IMG/VR virus record: IMGVR_UViG_3300025635_000079
Location: 1-36,367 of that record
From: a virus
Taxonomy: Duplodnaviria; Caudoviricetes
Strand: one strand, 5' to 3'
Length of the DNA stretch: 36,367 bases
A model generated the notes under the pieces. The model saw only the letters and a program-made list of their open reading frames with translations, ran no database searches and was not told where the DNA came from. Of this stretch, positions 7,813 to 17,008 are shown in pieces. Both the position numbers and the translations under genes were made by a program. The number at the start of each line of letters is the position of its first letter. The first letter of the stretch is position 1.

Positions 7813-8769
7813 ATGGCAATCACACAACGCGGAGACACCTACTGGATTGACGTCACCATCAAGGGCAACCGGATTCGGGAATCGCTCAAGACCAACGACG
7901 CCAAGCAAGCCCAGGAGCTGCACGACATCCGACGCGCCGAGCTCTGGCGCACGGGCGTGCTCAAAGAGAAACCCAAAAAGACGTTCAAGGAGGCTTGCTG
8001 CCGCTGGGTGCAAGAGCGCGGCCACAAGCGTTCCCTCAAGGACGACCAGGACAAGATCAAGTATTTCGAGCCCATCCTGGGGTCGCGCTTGCTGACCGAC
8101 ATCGACCGCGACACCGTCGAGGAGGCGCTGCCCAGGGACGTCAAGGGCTCCACCCGCAACCGCTACCGCGCCCTGGTGCGCTCGATCATGCGCGCCGCGG
8201 AGCGTGAGTGGGACTGGATCGAACGCTCTCCCGCGCTGCGCACTGAGTGCGAGCAACGCCGCCGCGTCGCATTCCTGACACGCGAACAAGCGGACGTTTT
8301 AATTTCAAACCTACCGGAAAACTACCGGTGTCTTGTCCGTTTCGCTTTACTCACCGGGTTGAGAAAATCGAATGTGGTGAACCTGCGCTGGGAGAACGTC
8401 AATCTGGCGGCCAGCATGGTGATCGTTCACCACGACGAGGCCAAGGCCGACGAGAAGATCCTGGTGCCGCTCAACACCCAGGCCCGGGAGCTGCTGCAGG
8501 CCATGCCAGAGCCGCGTACAGGCCGCGTATGGGCCGATCTCAAGGACGTATGGCGCGAGACATGGAAGCGGGCCGCGGAGCGCGCTGGCGTGCCTTGGTG
8601 CCGTTTCCACGACCTGCGCCACACCTGGGCGAGCTGGCACGCGATGGCCGGCACCCCTCTGAGCGTGCTGCAGGAGCTGGGGGGTTGGCATTCTCCTCAG
8701 ATGGTGCAAAAGTACGCGCACCTGTCCCCCGAGCACCTGGCAGCTGCTGCCGAGAAAGTGAAGCTGTGA
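7813..8769 (+). CDS. int: Tyrosine recombinase (phage integrase)
   Basis: TGLR, HDLRH, LGGWH and KYAH catalytic R-H-R-H/W-Y motifs; adjacent to attP. Confidence 0.95.
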   Translation: MAITQRGDTYWIDVTIKGNRIRESLKTNDAKQAQELHDIRRAELWRTGVLKEKPKKTFKEACCRWVQERGHKRSLKDDQDKIKYFEPILGSRLLTDIDRDTVEEALPRDVKGSTRNRYRALVRSIMRAAEREWDWIERSPALRTECEQRRRVAFLTREQADVLISNLPENYRCLVRFALLTGLRKSNVVNLRWENVNLAASMVIVHHDEAKADEKILVPLNTQARELLQAMPEPRTGRVWADLKDVWRETWKRAAERAGVPWCRFHDLRHTWASWHAMAGTPLSVLQELGGWHSPQMVQKYAHLSPEHLAAAAEKVKL

Positions 8770-9095
8770 ACAATCATCTGCGCCGCATCGAGGCTCAAGC
8801 CTTGGCCATCAAGACCCGGCAACGCCAGGACCTTGAGGACGCGGCGCAGCTGATCGCCGCGCCAGGGATCGAGGTGGAGTTCATCCGAGAGCCCTGGCCG
8901 GTGGGTCAGCGCGGGATCGTGTGGGCGGTGTTCAAAGAGGGCGCCGACTGGTTTGCGGACGTTCGATTTGGGGACCGTTTGCGTGCGGTCCCGCTGTCGG
9001 CCCTGGCCACAATTGGCAGCCAGGTCGACTGTGCCACGGCACAAATTAGGCACAAAGTTGCAGCCCTCAAATTCAAGGGCTCGCAGTTTCTGTAA
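8766..9095 (+). CDS. Hypothetical protein between int and attP (GTG start, 109 aa)
   Basis: GTGA overlap with the int stop; C-terminal part of ORF 8247-9095. Confidence 0.55.
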   Translation: MNNHLRRIEAQALAIKTRQRQDLEDAAQLIAAPGIEVEFIREPWPVGQRGIVWAVFKEGADWFADVRFGDRLRAVPLSALATIGSQVDCATAQIRHKVAALKFKGSQFL

Positions 9096-9259
9096 TAACA
9101 CTTTGTTATTACAGCGAGAATTTGGCTCCCCGACCTGGGCTCGAACCAGGGACCTGCGGATTAACAGACAGACCCTACAAAAAAAATGCCCTGATATTCA
9201 AGGCACAAGGTTTTTGGCAACTGCATGCGGCACAAAAACAGGACACAATTTTGTCACAG
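9030..9259. repeat. GGCACAA repeats flanking the attP core (integrase arm-type sites)
   Basis: GGCACAA at 9038, 9049, 9202 and 9229; variants at 9242 and 9253; inverted TGTGCC at 9030. Confidence 0.65.
9123..9167 (-). other. attP core = 3' half of tRNA-Asn(GTT)
   Basis: Minus strand CTGTTAATCCGCAGGTCCCTGGTTCGAGCCCAGGTCGGGGAGCCA: begins at the anticodon loop CT-GTT-AA, has the T-loop GGTTCGA and a CCA end; 5' half absent. Confidence 0.92.
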
Positions 9260-9706
9260 TAATTCGGCCTCTGCAGCGCGGCGTTTAACGAGCCCTGGAA
9301 GCACTCGACCACCGCCCTTGACCCATTTCATCAACTCGACCCTGGCGCCGTCTCTGTCGCCCGCCTCGAGGCGTTTGCGCAGGGTTGAGGCGGCAAGGTT
9401 ACCGGAACCCAGGTTGTAGGTAAAGTCAAGAATCGCCGCCACCGCGCCAGGCCCCATCGACGGCAGCCGGTCGCAGAGCTTGAGCAACCGCGGCAGGCAT
9501 TCGCGCTGCAGCTCCCACATCAGCAGCTCCTCGGCGCGCTCGAGCGTGATCGGCAGATCTGCCAGGCTCACGCGCTGGCCATTCTCGTACCTGGTCGAGC
9601 CGATGCCAATTGTGGGGATGCCTGCCGGGCAGAGGTAGGGCTTGAGGTACACGCCCTCGAACAAAATGCACAGCCGTTTGGCCAGCTGGATGGGGTTATC
9701 GTCCAC
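9254..9706 (-). CDS. Endolysin, GH24 lysozyme (likely GTG start 9706)
   Basis: FEG...PYLCPAGIPTIGIGST, DFTYNLG, W...GG..LPGLVKRRAAE. Confidence 0.92.
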   Translation of the reverse strand: MDDNPIQLAKRLCILFEGVYLKPYLCPAGIPTIGIGSTRYENGQRVSLADLPITLERAEELLMWELQRECLPRLLKLCDRLPSMGPGAVAAILDFTYNLGSGNLAASTLRKRLEAGDRDGARVELMKWVKGGGRVLPGLVKRRAAEAELL

Positions 9707-10160
9707 GCCCCAGCGCCCGGTTGGCAAAGAAGAACCCCAGCACCACGCCTGCCAGGGACAGGTCCCAGTCCTGCATGATGAAGTGCTGCGCGTCGAGCTT
9801 CAAGCACCACAGCGTGAGCACGATCGTCGCAGCCGCGGGCCTGATGGTTCCATTCCAAGCGTCCACCCAGGTGATGCCGGTGGGCTTGAATGCGTTCTTC
9901 ATGGCCTCGGTGAATGCGTCGGCTTCGGCCTGGTCAACGTGCGACTGAGCTTGAGCTGCAACCATCTTGATGCCGAGCTCGTTCTGCAACCGTAGGGACT
10001 CTTGCATGCGTGCGTGAGCGCGATCCTCGAGCTCGGTCTGCAAGCGCATGCGCTCGAGCTCAAACTGGTGGTCTTGCTTCTTGGTGTGCCAGGTCGATAA
10101 CTCGCCCCAGACCATGCGAAAAACGGAGCCGCCAAGGAAAGATAGTAGAGCTTCTAACAT
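9696..10160 (-). CDS. Holin-like membrane protein (GTA 3TM-holin-like)
   Basis: WVDAWNGTIRP then two TM segments ending GFFFANR; directly upstream of the lysozyme. Confidence 0.65.
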   Translation of the reverse strand: MLEALLSFLGGSVFRMVWGELSTWHTKKQDHQFELERMRLQTELEDRAHARMQESLRLQNELGIKMVAAQAQSHVDQAEADAFTEAMKNAFKPTGITWVDAWNGTIRPAAATIVLTLWCLKLDAQHFIMQDWDLSLAGVVLGFFFANRALGRGR

Positions 10161-10190
10161 TTTGCAATTTCCTATTATTGGGAGTCCTAT

Positions 10191-10658
10191 TCAGCCCCTG
10201 ATGTTGAAGTTGACGTTTTTGTGGTTGGGGTAGTTCACAATAACTTCACCCTCTGGACATTTGTATTTGATGTGAGCCAGCAGGGTAGCCTGCCCTGTCG
10301 CAACTTTTTGCTCGGTATCCAGCTTGAACTTGTACCCAAACTTGTCCACGTCGTGTGAAGCAGGACCAGAAAACGTGGCAATACTTGGCTTAGCGGGATG
10401 CACAACAAAATCAGCATCGCGCACTTCCAGCTTGAAGCTGGTGACTTCACAATCGTCGCGGTTCTTCTTACGGGCCACAACAACTTTGAACTCATCACTT
10501 GCAGAGGCATCACTGATGCTGAAATGCTCAGGCGCCCATTCCAAAATGTCTTTTTTGAAGATGCCGGTCTTGTCAGCAAGCGTCCAACCACCACCAATCA
10601 TTGCAAGGGATGCAGTGACAAGCCCGACGGTTTTAGATGCATCTTCAAGACCAAACAT
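10191..10658 (-). CDS. Membrane-anchored hypothetical protein in the lysis cassette
   Basis: N-terminal hydrophobic helix; beta-rich domain with two Cys; more AT-rich than its flanks. Confidence 0.65.
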   Translation of the reverse strand: MFGLEDASKTVGLVTASLAMIGGGWTLADKTGIFKKDILEWAPEHFSISDASASDEFKVVVARKKNRDDCEVTSFKLEVRDADFVVHPAKPSIATFSGPASHDVDKFGYKFKLDTEQKVATGQATLLAHIKYKCPEGEVIVNYPNHKNVNFNIRG

Positions 10659-10813
10659 TACTTTTCCGCCTTTTTGTTTAGCAGTTCAAACGCCGTCTTG
10701 ATCTTCTCTTCCAAAACCGCAACCCGCAGGTCGAGCTTAGCCAGCACGATGATCAGCGTGATGAGCGCCAACAACATTGGCCAGCCCTTGGCCAACATAT
10801 CGAACAGATCCAT
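10658..10813 (-). CDS. Small TM + coiled-coil protein (51 aa, MDLFDMLAKGWPMLLALITLIIVLAKL...)
   Basis: Below the ORF-track cutoff; TAATG coupling to the next gene. Confidence 0.65.
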   Translation of the reverse strand: MDLFDMLAKGWPMLLALITLIIVLAKLDLRVAVLEEKIKTAFELLNKKAEK

Positions 10814-10855
10814 CGCGCCCCCCGTTGTTACTGCACCGCGACGCGGTTGAATCCT

Positions 10856-11158
10856 TTACTTGGTAAAGCCCATCTTGGCGGCCAAGCCGACGACCACCAG
10901 GCCGCAGATGATCACCAACAGTGACCACAGGCCTTTTTTGGCAATCTCGAGCTTGAGCTCGCGCCAGAATTCCGCTTCAGCTTTCGCTGCTCGGATCTTC
11001 TCTTCATGAAATTTGCGATGGCCCTCGAAGTCGGTTGTGCCGTCCTCGTTGACGGTGAACGCGGAGCCGATCCTTTTGAGCTCTTGCATCACCTCGTCAA
11101 ATCGACGATCGAGGTGCGCGTTGTCGCTCTGGGCTAAGTGAACTCCCTCATCGGCCAT
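10856..11158 (-). CDS. Holin-like protein with C-terminal TM
   Basis: KKGLWSLLVIICGLVVVGLAAK; located in the lysis region. Confidence 0.55.
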   Translation of the reverse strand: MADEGVHLAQSDNAHLDRRFDEVMQELKRIGSAFTVNEDGTTDFEGHRKFHEEKIRAAKAEAEFWRELKLEIAKKGLWSLLVIICGLVVVGLAAKMGFTK

Positions 11159-11171
11159 CGCATCCAGTCCT

Positions 11172-11357
11172 TCAGTCTGTCAGACCTGCACCCTGGTTGT
11201 CGGCGGGCTGCTGCGGCTCTTTGGGGAGCTGCTCTTCAGCCTGGGCACGCACCTTTGCGGCGAGCGGCCACACGTTTGTCTCGGTGGGCAATTTGCCAAG
11301 CACGTTGAGCAAGCCGTTGATCTCGTCCAGGGTAAGGGTCAATTTAATTTCGGGCAT
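11172..11357 (-). CDS. Hypothetical protein
   Basis: 61-aa ORF with GGAG RBS. Confidence 0.65.
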   Translation of the reverse strand: MPEIKLTLTLDEINGLLNVLGKLPTETNVWPLAAKVRAQAEEQLPKEPQQPADNQGAGLTD

Positions 11358-11399
11358 GTAAATCTCCGGTGAGTGTCGTGGGTTGTGAAATTATTGTTG

Positions 11400-11418
11400 T
11401 GGCGGGATTATCGCATCA
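11400..11418 (-). promoter_or_regulatory. Operator/promoter motif upstream of the lysis cassette
   Basis: Minus strand TGATGCGATAATCCCGCCA, containing an extended -10-like TGcGATAAT. Confidence 0.5.
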
Positions 11419-11649
11419 CGCCTTGCATGCGCTGCGCAGCGGGGCCAGATCCTGGGTCGTCCAGAAGTCTTTGCCCAGCATGATCTGCAGGTGCTCTTTG
11501 TTGCGCTTCACGGTGTCGGCCCACTCATCGTCGTCCATGCCCTCGGGCTTGCCAGCGTTGATCAAGTTGACGCTGTCCATTGCGGCGCTGTAGTGGCGTG
11601 CGATCTCATCGGCGGTGGGTTGCTCCACAGGGGTTGCGACTTCAGTCAT
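11416..11649 (-). CDS. Tail-fibre-associated hypothetical protein
   Basis: 77-aa ORF immediately downstream of the tail fibre. Confidence 0.65.
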   Translation of the reverse strand: MTEVATPVEQPTADEIARHYSAAMDSVNLINAGKPEGMDDDEWADTVKRNKEHLQIMLGKDFWTTQDLAPLRSACKA

Positions 11650-11651
11650 TT

Positions 11652-13628
11652 TTAGGTTCCTTTCAGGGTTGCAAGTTCGGCTTTCACCGAGTCGAGTTCA
11701 GATTTCAGTTCCTTGATGGCGGCTACCAAAAGCGGAATGACTTCGGTGTAAGCCAAGCCAAGCAAAGGCCCTTCTTTGTCTTCCAACGAACTAACCGCTT
11801 CAGGCAAAATCGCCTGAACATCTTGGGCAATCAAGTACGGGCGGCGCACATCTTCAGCATCGGTTTTTAACCGACCAATGACTGTGCGGAGCGTGGACAC
11901 CTTGTTAGCGGCATCGGTAATTGGCTCAATGATGACTTTGCGGTTTTCATCAGAAACAGCAGTCCATGATGTTGCGGTTGCCCCGTTCAAATACACGCCA
12001 TAGCCAGCGGAATTTGTGCAATTTAAATATGTTGCTGTGCCACCATTGATTTTGTTATAGGAAGCAACAAGCCAAGTTCTTGAACCATTCGCTTGACCTT
12101 CAATAATTGGCCCATAGCCTGTACCACTTGCGCTATTTAAAGTGATAGAGCCAGTGCCGCCGTTAGAAGTTCCACCAATACCAAAAGTCCAAGTAGCCGC
12201 TGTTCCAGCGCAATAAGCGGCAGGATTCCCATCCCCATCGGATAAAACGATGTTATTTGAACTGGTGCGGATGTCGAGGCCACCTTGGTTGCCGTTGTAA
12301 TTGCCAAGGATTGAGTTTTTGGAGCCTGTAGTGATTGCGCCACCAGAAGCGTAACTTCCAGTTGAATCAAGACAGCCAACAAACGTGTTGTATGAGCCAG
12401 AAGTCAGGTTTGTGCCAGCATAAGAGCCGATTGCTGTGTTGTACTGCCCTGTTGAAGAGGCATTATTTGGCCCTGATGCAAATCCAACATATACGTTGTA
12501 GTTTGTGGTTGCATTGAGACCTGCTGTGCGACCAATAAAGATATTTGCGCTACCAGTCTGATTCGTATACCCAGCCTGATACCCCACAGCAGTGTTATTA
12601 GAGGCGGTGGTGTTGGAGGAAAGGGCTTGCACCCCTAATGCCACGTTGTATGAGCCGCCACCTGAGCCGTTTACAGTAGCATAACCAATAGCAGTGTTGT
12701 AACTGCCAGTGTTGTTGCTTGCCGCCCCACGACCTACGGCAACATTGTAGTTTCCAGTTGAATTGGAATAAAGCGCATTAGTTCCAATGGCAACGCTGTA
12801 CTGCCCAGTCGTGTTGCTATATAAAGCACCATAACCAAATGCGTCAATGTTTCCAGTCGTATTGCTATACCCCGCCTGATACCCTACTGCTGTGTTGTTG
12901 GAGGCGGTGGTGTTGGCAGAAAGAGCACCTACGCCCACCGCAGTGTTAGCAGACCCTGTGGTGTTTTGTTGCAAAGAAAACAATCCGAGAGCAGAGTTAT
13001 CAGTACCCGTGGTGTTTCCTGTCAACGCACTTACGCCCACCGCAGTATTGTCATAACCAGTGGTATTGCTGCTTAAAGCGGTGCGGCCAACTGCCGTATT
13101 CCAATATCCGGTTGTGTTTGCTGTCAGGGCGGTATAGCCAACTGCGGTATTAAGGCTACCCGTTGTGTTTGACGCCAACGCACTCGCACCCACCGCAGTA
13201 TTGGTGGACACAGCGCCAGCGCCCTTGCCGACAGTCAGACCTTGAATGGTCGTTGCGCCAGTCACGGCCAACGTCGACGACAACGTGGCTGCCCCAGACA
13301 CGCCAAACGTGCCGGTGACCGTGATGCCGGTCGACAGGTACTTCATCACCTCGGAACCGGTAACGACCAGGCGCATATCACCAGCGCCAGCGCGATACCA
13401 ACCGGTGGTCGTCTCGCTGCCCCATGCAAGGCCAGGCACCGACGACGTGCCATCAAAGAGACGCAGCGCAGCGGTCATGCCGCCCTGGCCCGAACGCGAC
13501 AGCGAGTCGGTCATGGCCGTGGCCAGATCGGAGAGCGTCGTATTCGCCCAGGACGCCTCAATGAGCGTGCCCGATACAACCGGGTTGCCCGAGGGCAGGG
13601 TATAGGTTCCAGATGCGTTGCGGGACAT
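11652..13628 (-). CDS. Tail fibre/spike with beta-helix repeats and C-terminal peptidase S74 chaperone
   Basis: N-terminal MSRNASGTYTLP anchor; ~14-aa NTTGxxNTAVGxxAL repeats; SDENRK...IAQDVQAILPEAV...LVAAIKEL. Confidence 0.88.
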   Translation of the reverse strand: MSRNASGTYTLPSGNPVVSGTLIEASWANTTLSDLATAMTDSLSRSGQGGMTAALRLFDGTSSVPGLAWGSETTTGWYRAGAGDMRLVVTGSEVMKYLSTGITVTGTFGVSGAATLSSTLAVTGATTIQGLTVGKGAGAVSTNTAVGASALASNTTGSLNTAVGYTALTANTTGYWNTAVGRTALSSNTTGYDNTAVGVSALTGNTTGTDNSALGLFSLQQNTTGSANTAVGVGALSANTTASNNTAVGYQAGYSNTTGNIDAFGYGALYSNTTGQYSVAIGTNALYSNSTGNYNVAVGRGAASNNTGSYNTAIGYATVNGSGGGSYNVALGVQALSSNTTASNNTAVGYQAGYTNQTGSANIFIGRTAGLNATTNYNVYVGFASGPNNASSTGQYNTAIGSYAGTNLTSGSYNTFVGCLDSTGSYASGGAITTGSKNSILGNYNGNQGGLDIRTSSNNIVLSDGDGNPAAYCAGTAATWTFGIGGTSNGGTGSITLNSASGTGYGPIIEGQANGSRTWLVASYNKINGGTATYLNCTNSAGYGVYLNGATATSWTAVSDENRKVIIEPITDAANKVSTLRTVIGRLKTDAEDVRRPYLIAQDVQAILPEAVSSLEDKEGPLLGLAYTEVIPLLVAAIKELKSELDSVKAELATLKGT

Positions 13629-13640
13629 TTCTTGCTCTCC

Positions 13641-15503
13641 TTAATCAGACGTTACTTGCACCATCGTCTGCGCCGCATACGGGCGCAAAATCTCAGCGAT
13701 GGTTTTGGGGTCCTTGGTGGCCATGATTTTCGCAGCTACCTTGGGGTCGGTTAGAGCGCGAGCGAGCATCTGCTCGGTCTGACTCTGCGTAAGTTTGAAC
13801 GGCAGGCCCATGGCCCCCGCGGTCAGGCGACCCAGCATCGAGTCAGCTGCAGACTGCGGCAGGCCCAGGGGACCCAGGAACTGGCGAATGATGTTCTGCG
13901 CGCCCAGGTACTGAGCCGTCGGCGAGCCAGGCACTCGAGCGAGCTCCTGGGCCGATGCGTAGCGCGCCATGTCCTTGCCGATGCCCTCGATCGATTGCAT
14001 CTGCGCCGGGTCCATGACGTCGGCCATCTTGGCCCCGGTCAGGCCGGTGGCCTTCTTGGCCGTCACGTCAGCGTTGCGTAAAGCGTTGGCGTAGCTGTTG
14101 GCGTTGACGCGGGCCAGCGAGCCGTCGCCGAGATCAGACAAGGCCGGGATGGCTTTGTCACGCAGCGCCTGGGCCACGTCCATCTGGTTGATGGGCCGCG
14201 ACATCTGGCGAAACGTGTTCATGGCCTCGCCGTAAGCAGGCGACGACTGGGTCAGGAAATCGATCAGGTCTTTTTGCGTGTCACGCAAAGCCCCGGCCAT
14301 CGTTCCATTGCCAGCGCGGTTGGCCTCGCTGATCATGCCGTCCATGGCCTTCTTGACGTAGTGCAGGCCCTGGACGCTGCCCTCTTTGCCGGTGATGTCG
14401 ATGCCCTTTTCGGCGGCCAGGTTGCGAGCCTGCTGCATGGCCGTCTGGATCGAGGGGCGCTTCATCAGGGCGGTCATCTGTTGTTCCAGGGGGCCGGTCA
14501 TCTGCAGGCCTTCGGCCTCGGCTTTGCGGTACAGCTGATTGGCCGCGGCATCCCGAGCTGAGTCGTAGAACTCCCGCTTGCCGTCGTTGCCCGCCATGTC
14601 GTCAAGCACGCTGCGGTAGCCGGCGATCTGCTGGCCACGGGACTGAGCCAGGGCAGACGCAACGTCAGGCGACGTCGCAGCAGCTCCGCGCTGCAGCTGG
14701 GCGATGCCGGGGTCCATGGTGGCCTCGGCCAGCGTCGGTTTGACGCCAGGCACCAGCACCTCGGGGTTGGCAGCCGCGGCCCGGACCTTGGCCGGGTCGG
14801 TGGCGTAGCGGTCAAACGTGCGCTTGAGCACACGCTCGCGGCCTTTCTCTGTCAAAGGCTCCAGAACGGCCTTGCCGCCGCTCCAGAGGGCCGACAGACC
14901 CCGACCTGCCAGCTCACCCGCGCCGCCCGCTGCAGCGCCGCTCAGAGCGCCCCCAGACAGGTCCTCGGGACTGAGGGCTGCGCCCACGGCGGCACCGGAG
15001 CCCATGGCGCCCAGGTAAGGGGCTGCGGTGTTGAGCGCGCCCGCGGCCTTGGGCAGCATGGTTGCACCGGCGCGCACGCCCTGGGTGATCTTGTTGGCCG
15101 CCCCCAAACCTGGCACAAACGTGGTGGCCACGTCACCGGCAAATTTGCCGACAGAGCCGGCGGTGGTGTCCAGCAACGGCTTGTCGAGCTCGGCGTCGGC
15201 TTTTGCTGCCGCCTCGTCGTAGTTGCCGATGCCGACCATGTTGCCGACGCGCTTGGCCGTGCGGCCCAGGTCGACAAACGACTTGCCCACACCGGCCAGG
15301 AACTTTTCGCTGGTGGACATGGAGTCGGTCAGCGCCTTCTGCTGTCGAGCCCGCTCGGTGTCGAAGTCAATGTTGGCGTAGAACTTCCCCGAGGGAATGT
15401 CGGGGTAATACTTTTTGCGCACGGCGATGGCGAGCTGCTCGTCGCTCATGTCCCCATACATCGGGAACTGCTCGCGGATAGCCGACATCTTGATCTTGTC
15501 CAT
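13641..15503 (-). CDS. Internal virion / DNA ejection protein (large)
   Basis: 620 aa, Ala/Gly-rich and helical, with glycine-zipper segments; podovirus ejection-gene position. Confidence 0.7.
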   Translation of the reverse strand: MDKIKMSAIREQFPMYGDMSDEQLAIAVRKKYYPDIPSGKFYANIDFDTERARQQKALTDSMSTSEKFLAGVGKSFVDLGRTAKRVGNMVGIGNYDEAAAKADAELDKPLLDTTAGSVGKFAGDVATTFVPGLGAANKITQGVRAGATMLPKAAGALNTAAPYLGAMGSGAAVGAALSPEDLSGGALSGAAAGGAGELAGRGLSALWSGGKAVLEPLTEKGRERVLKRTFDRYATDPAKVRAAAANPEVLVPGVKPTLAEATMDPGIAQLQRGAAATSPDVASALAQSRGQQIAGYRSVLDDMAGNDGKREFYDSARDAAANQLYRKAEAEGLQMTGPLEQQMTALMKRPSIQTAMQQARNLAAEKGIDITGKEGSVQGLHYVKKAMDGMISEANRAGNGTMAGALRDTQKDLIDFLTQSSPAYGEAMNTFRQMSRPINQMDVAQALRDKAIPALSDLGDGSLARVNANSYANALRNADVTAKKATGLTGAKMADVMDPAQMQSIEGIGKDMARYASAQELARVPGSPTAQYLGAQNIIRQFLGPLGLPQSAADSMLGRLTAGAMGLPFKLTQSQTEQMLARALTDPKVAAKIMATKDPKTIAEILRPYAAQTMVQVTSD

Positions 15504-15512
15504 GGCGTCCCT

Positions 15513-16607
15513 TTACTTGTTGCGCAGCCCCAAAGGGTCGTCATTACCGCCGCCGCCATGGCCACGCGCACCAGCCGCGCCTTGCACGCCGGTTGGCATG
15601 TTCTTGAGTTTGCTGCTGGCCCAATCACGGGCGGCCTGCAGCTTGACAACAACTGTCTCGGGCGGGTCTTTGGCGTCAGGAATGAACGACGCAGCACGCG
15701 CCTGCTCACCCATCGAAAGAGCCGCGCCGTACAACCGATTGACCTCAATGGCCGCGTCGCGTAGCACGTTGGAGCGCACTTGCATCTGCTCGGGCGTCAG
15801 TTTCACGGCCTTGGAGCCGTAACCCTGCAGCGCGCCAGGCAGCATGCCCACGGCAGCACCACGCAAGCCAAACGCTTCGGGCGACTTTTCCACCTGCTTG
15901 ATCAGGCGGTCAGCGTTGAACGCGCTGCCTGCCAGGTCGGATGCCTCGCCGATCTGCTTTTCGTAGCTGGCCTTGGGGATGGCCGCGCCCTGGTAGGGCT
16001 GATATGCGGGCGTCCCGTCAGGGTTCACGCTCACGATGTAGCTCAGACCGTTCTTGCTGTTGTTGACAATCGGCAGGCCCTCGGGAGTGAACCCACTCGG
16101 AGCAAACGCGCCCATGTTGGCGTTGCTGGCCGCCATGCGCGCCGTGTTGGCGTTCATCAGTCGGATCTCGTTCAGGATCGCGTTTTGAGCCTGCTCGGCT
16201 GCACGCTTTTCCTGGGCGGTCTGCGCTTGCTGGGCCAGAGACTCGTAGGCTTGGGCCTGGCGCAACAGAAACTCGGCCTTTTTGTCCTGGGCCGCTCCCG
16301 GGTCCTTGAGAAATTTACCCTCTGGGGTCAGGATGCCGCCCGAGAGCTTCATGGGGTCTTGAGCGGCTGCGGCTTTCTTGAGGTACTGCGTCTGCACCGG
16401 CTGAAAACTCTCGCCAGCGTACTGGGCAGCCATGGCGTTCAGCATGGCCGAATCGGCCTGGCCGCCACGGCGACGGGCAAACTCTTCCATCTGCGTCATG
16501 TCAGGCTCGGCGTCGTACATGGTCGAGCCCTGATTGAACAGGTCAGCGGCTCGCTGCCGATATGCAGCGATTGTGTTGGGCAAGAGGTTGTTGTTGGCCA
16601 TGATCAA
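15513..16607 (-). CDS. Internal virion / DNA ejection protein
   Basis: 364 aa, Ala/Gln-rich, DDPLGLR C-terminus; synteny. Confidence 0.65.
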   Translation of the reverse strand: MIMANNNLLPNTIAAYRQRAADLFNQGSTMYDAEPDMTQMEEFARRRGGQADSAMLNAMAAQYAGESFQPVQTQYLKKAAAAQDPMKLSGGILTPEGKFLKDPGAAQDKKAEFLLRQAQAYESLAQQAQTAQEKRAAEQAQNAILNEIRLMNANTARMAASNANMGAFAPSGFTPEGLPIVNNSKNGLSYIVSVNPDGTPAYQPYQGAAIPKASYEKQIGEASDLAGSAFNADRLIKQVEKSPEAFGLRGAAVGMLPGALQGYGSKAVKLTPEQMQVRSNVLRDAAIEVNRLYGAALSMGEQARAASFIPDAKDPPETVVVKLQAARDWASSKLKNMPTGVQGAAGARGHGGGGNDDPLGLRNK

Positions 16608-17008
16608 GCCCCGTTGCCCATGGAAAACCGGCTGTAGATGTCATCGATTGACGGCTGCGGTGCCGACATGGGAGACATCTGCGGCGCGCTCTGCAGCAGC
16701 TGTTGCTGCTGGCGACGACGGCGCAGCTCCTCGAGCATTTCGCGCTGGCGTTGATTCATGCCCTGCATGGAGGCGTCGACGTTGCCTTGCTGTTGCTTGG
16801 CCAGGTAAGCCTGACCAAGTTGCGACGCGATCCCGCCAATGCCGGGGGCGACGTAGTGCTTGCCGATCATCTGACCTTGCTGCGGCGTGATTGCGCTCTG
16901 GCGCAATGCATCAACCATGGCCTGCTTGCGTCTTACTTCATCCTGCTCGGGCCGCATCGCGCCCATCTGCAGCAGGTACTCAAACATCATGTCGTCGTTA
17001 TTCATCAC
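16604..17008 (-). CDS. Putative ejection protein (small)
   Basis: 134 aa, Gln/Met-rich with a Gly-rich hydrophobic segment; synteny. Confidence 0.55.
   Translation of the reverse strand: MMNNDDMMFEYLLQMGAMRPEQDEVRRKQAMVDALRQSAITPQQGQMIGKHYVAPGIGGIASQLGQAYLAKQQQGNVDASMQGMNQRQREMLEELRRRRQQQQLLQSAPQMSPMSAPQPSIDDIYSRFSMGNGA

Noticed and set aside
9123-9200. Functional phage tRNA-Asn gene
   Set aside because: The D-arm and 5' acceptor strand are absent; similarity stops at the anticodon loop, as expected for an attP core.
11652-13628. BPP-1-like diversity-generating retroelement acting on the tail fibre
   Set aside because: No reverse transcriptase and no TR/VR pair differing at adenines was seen.
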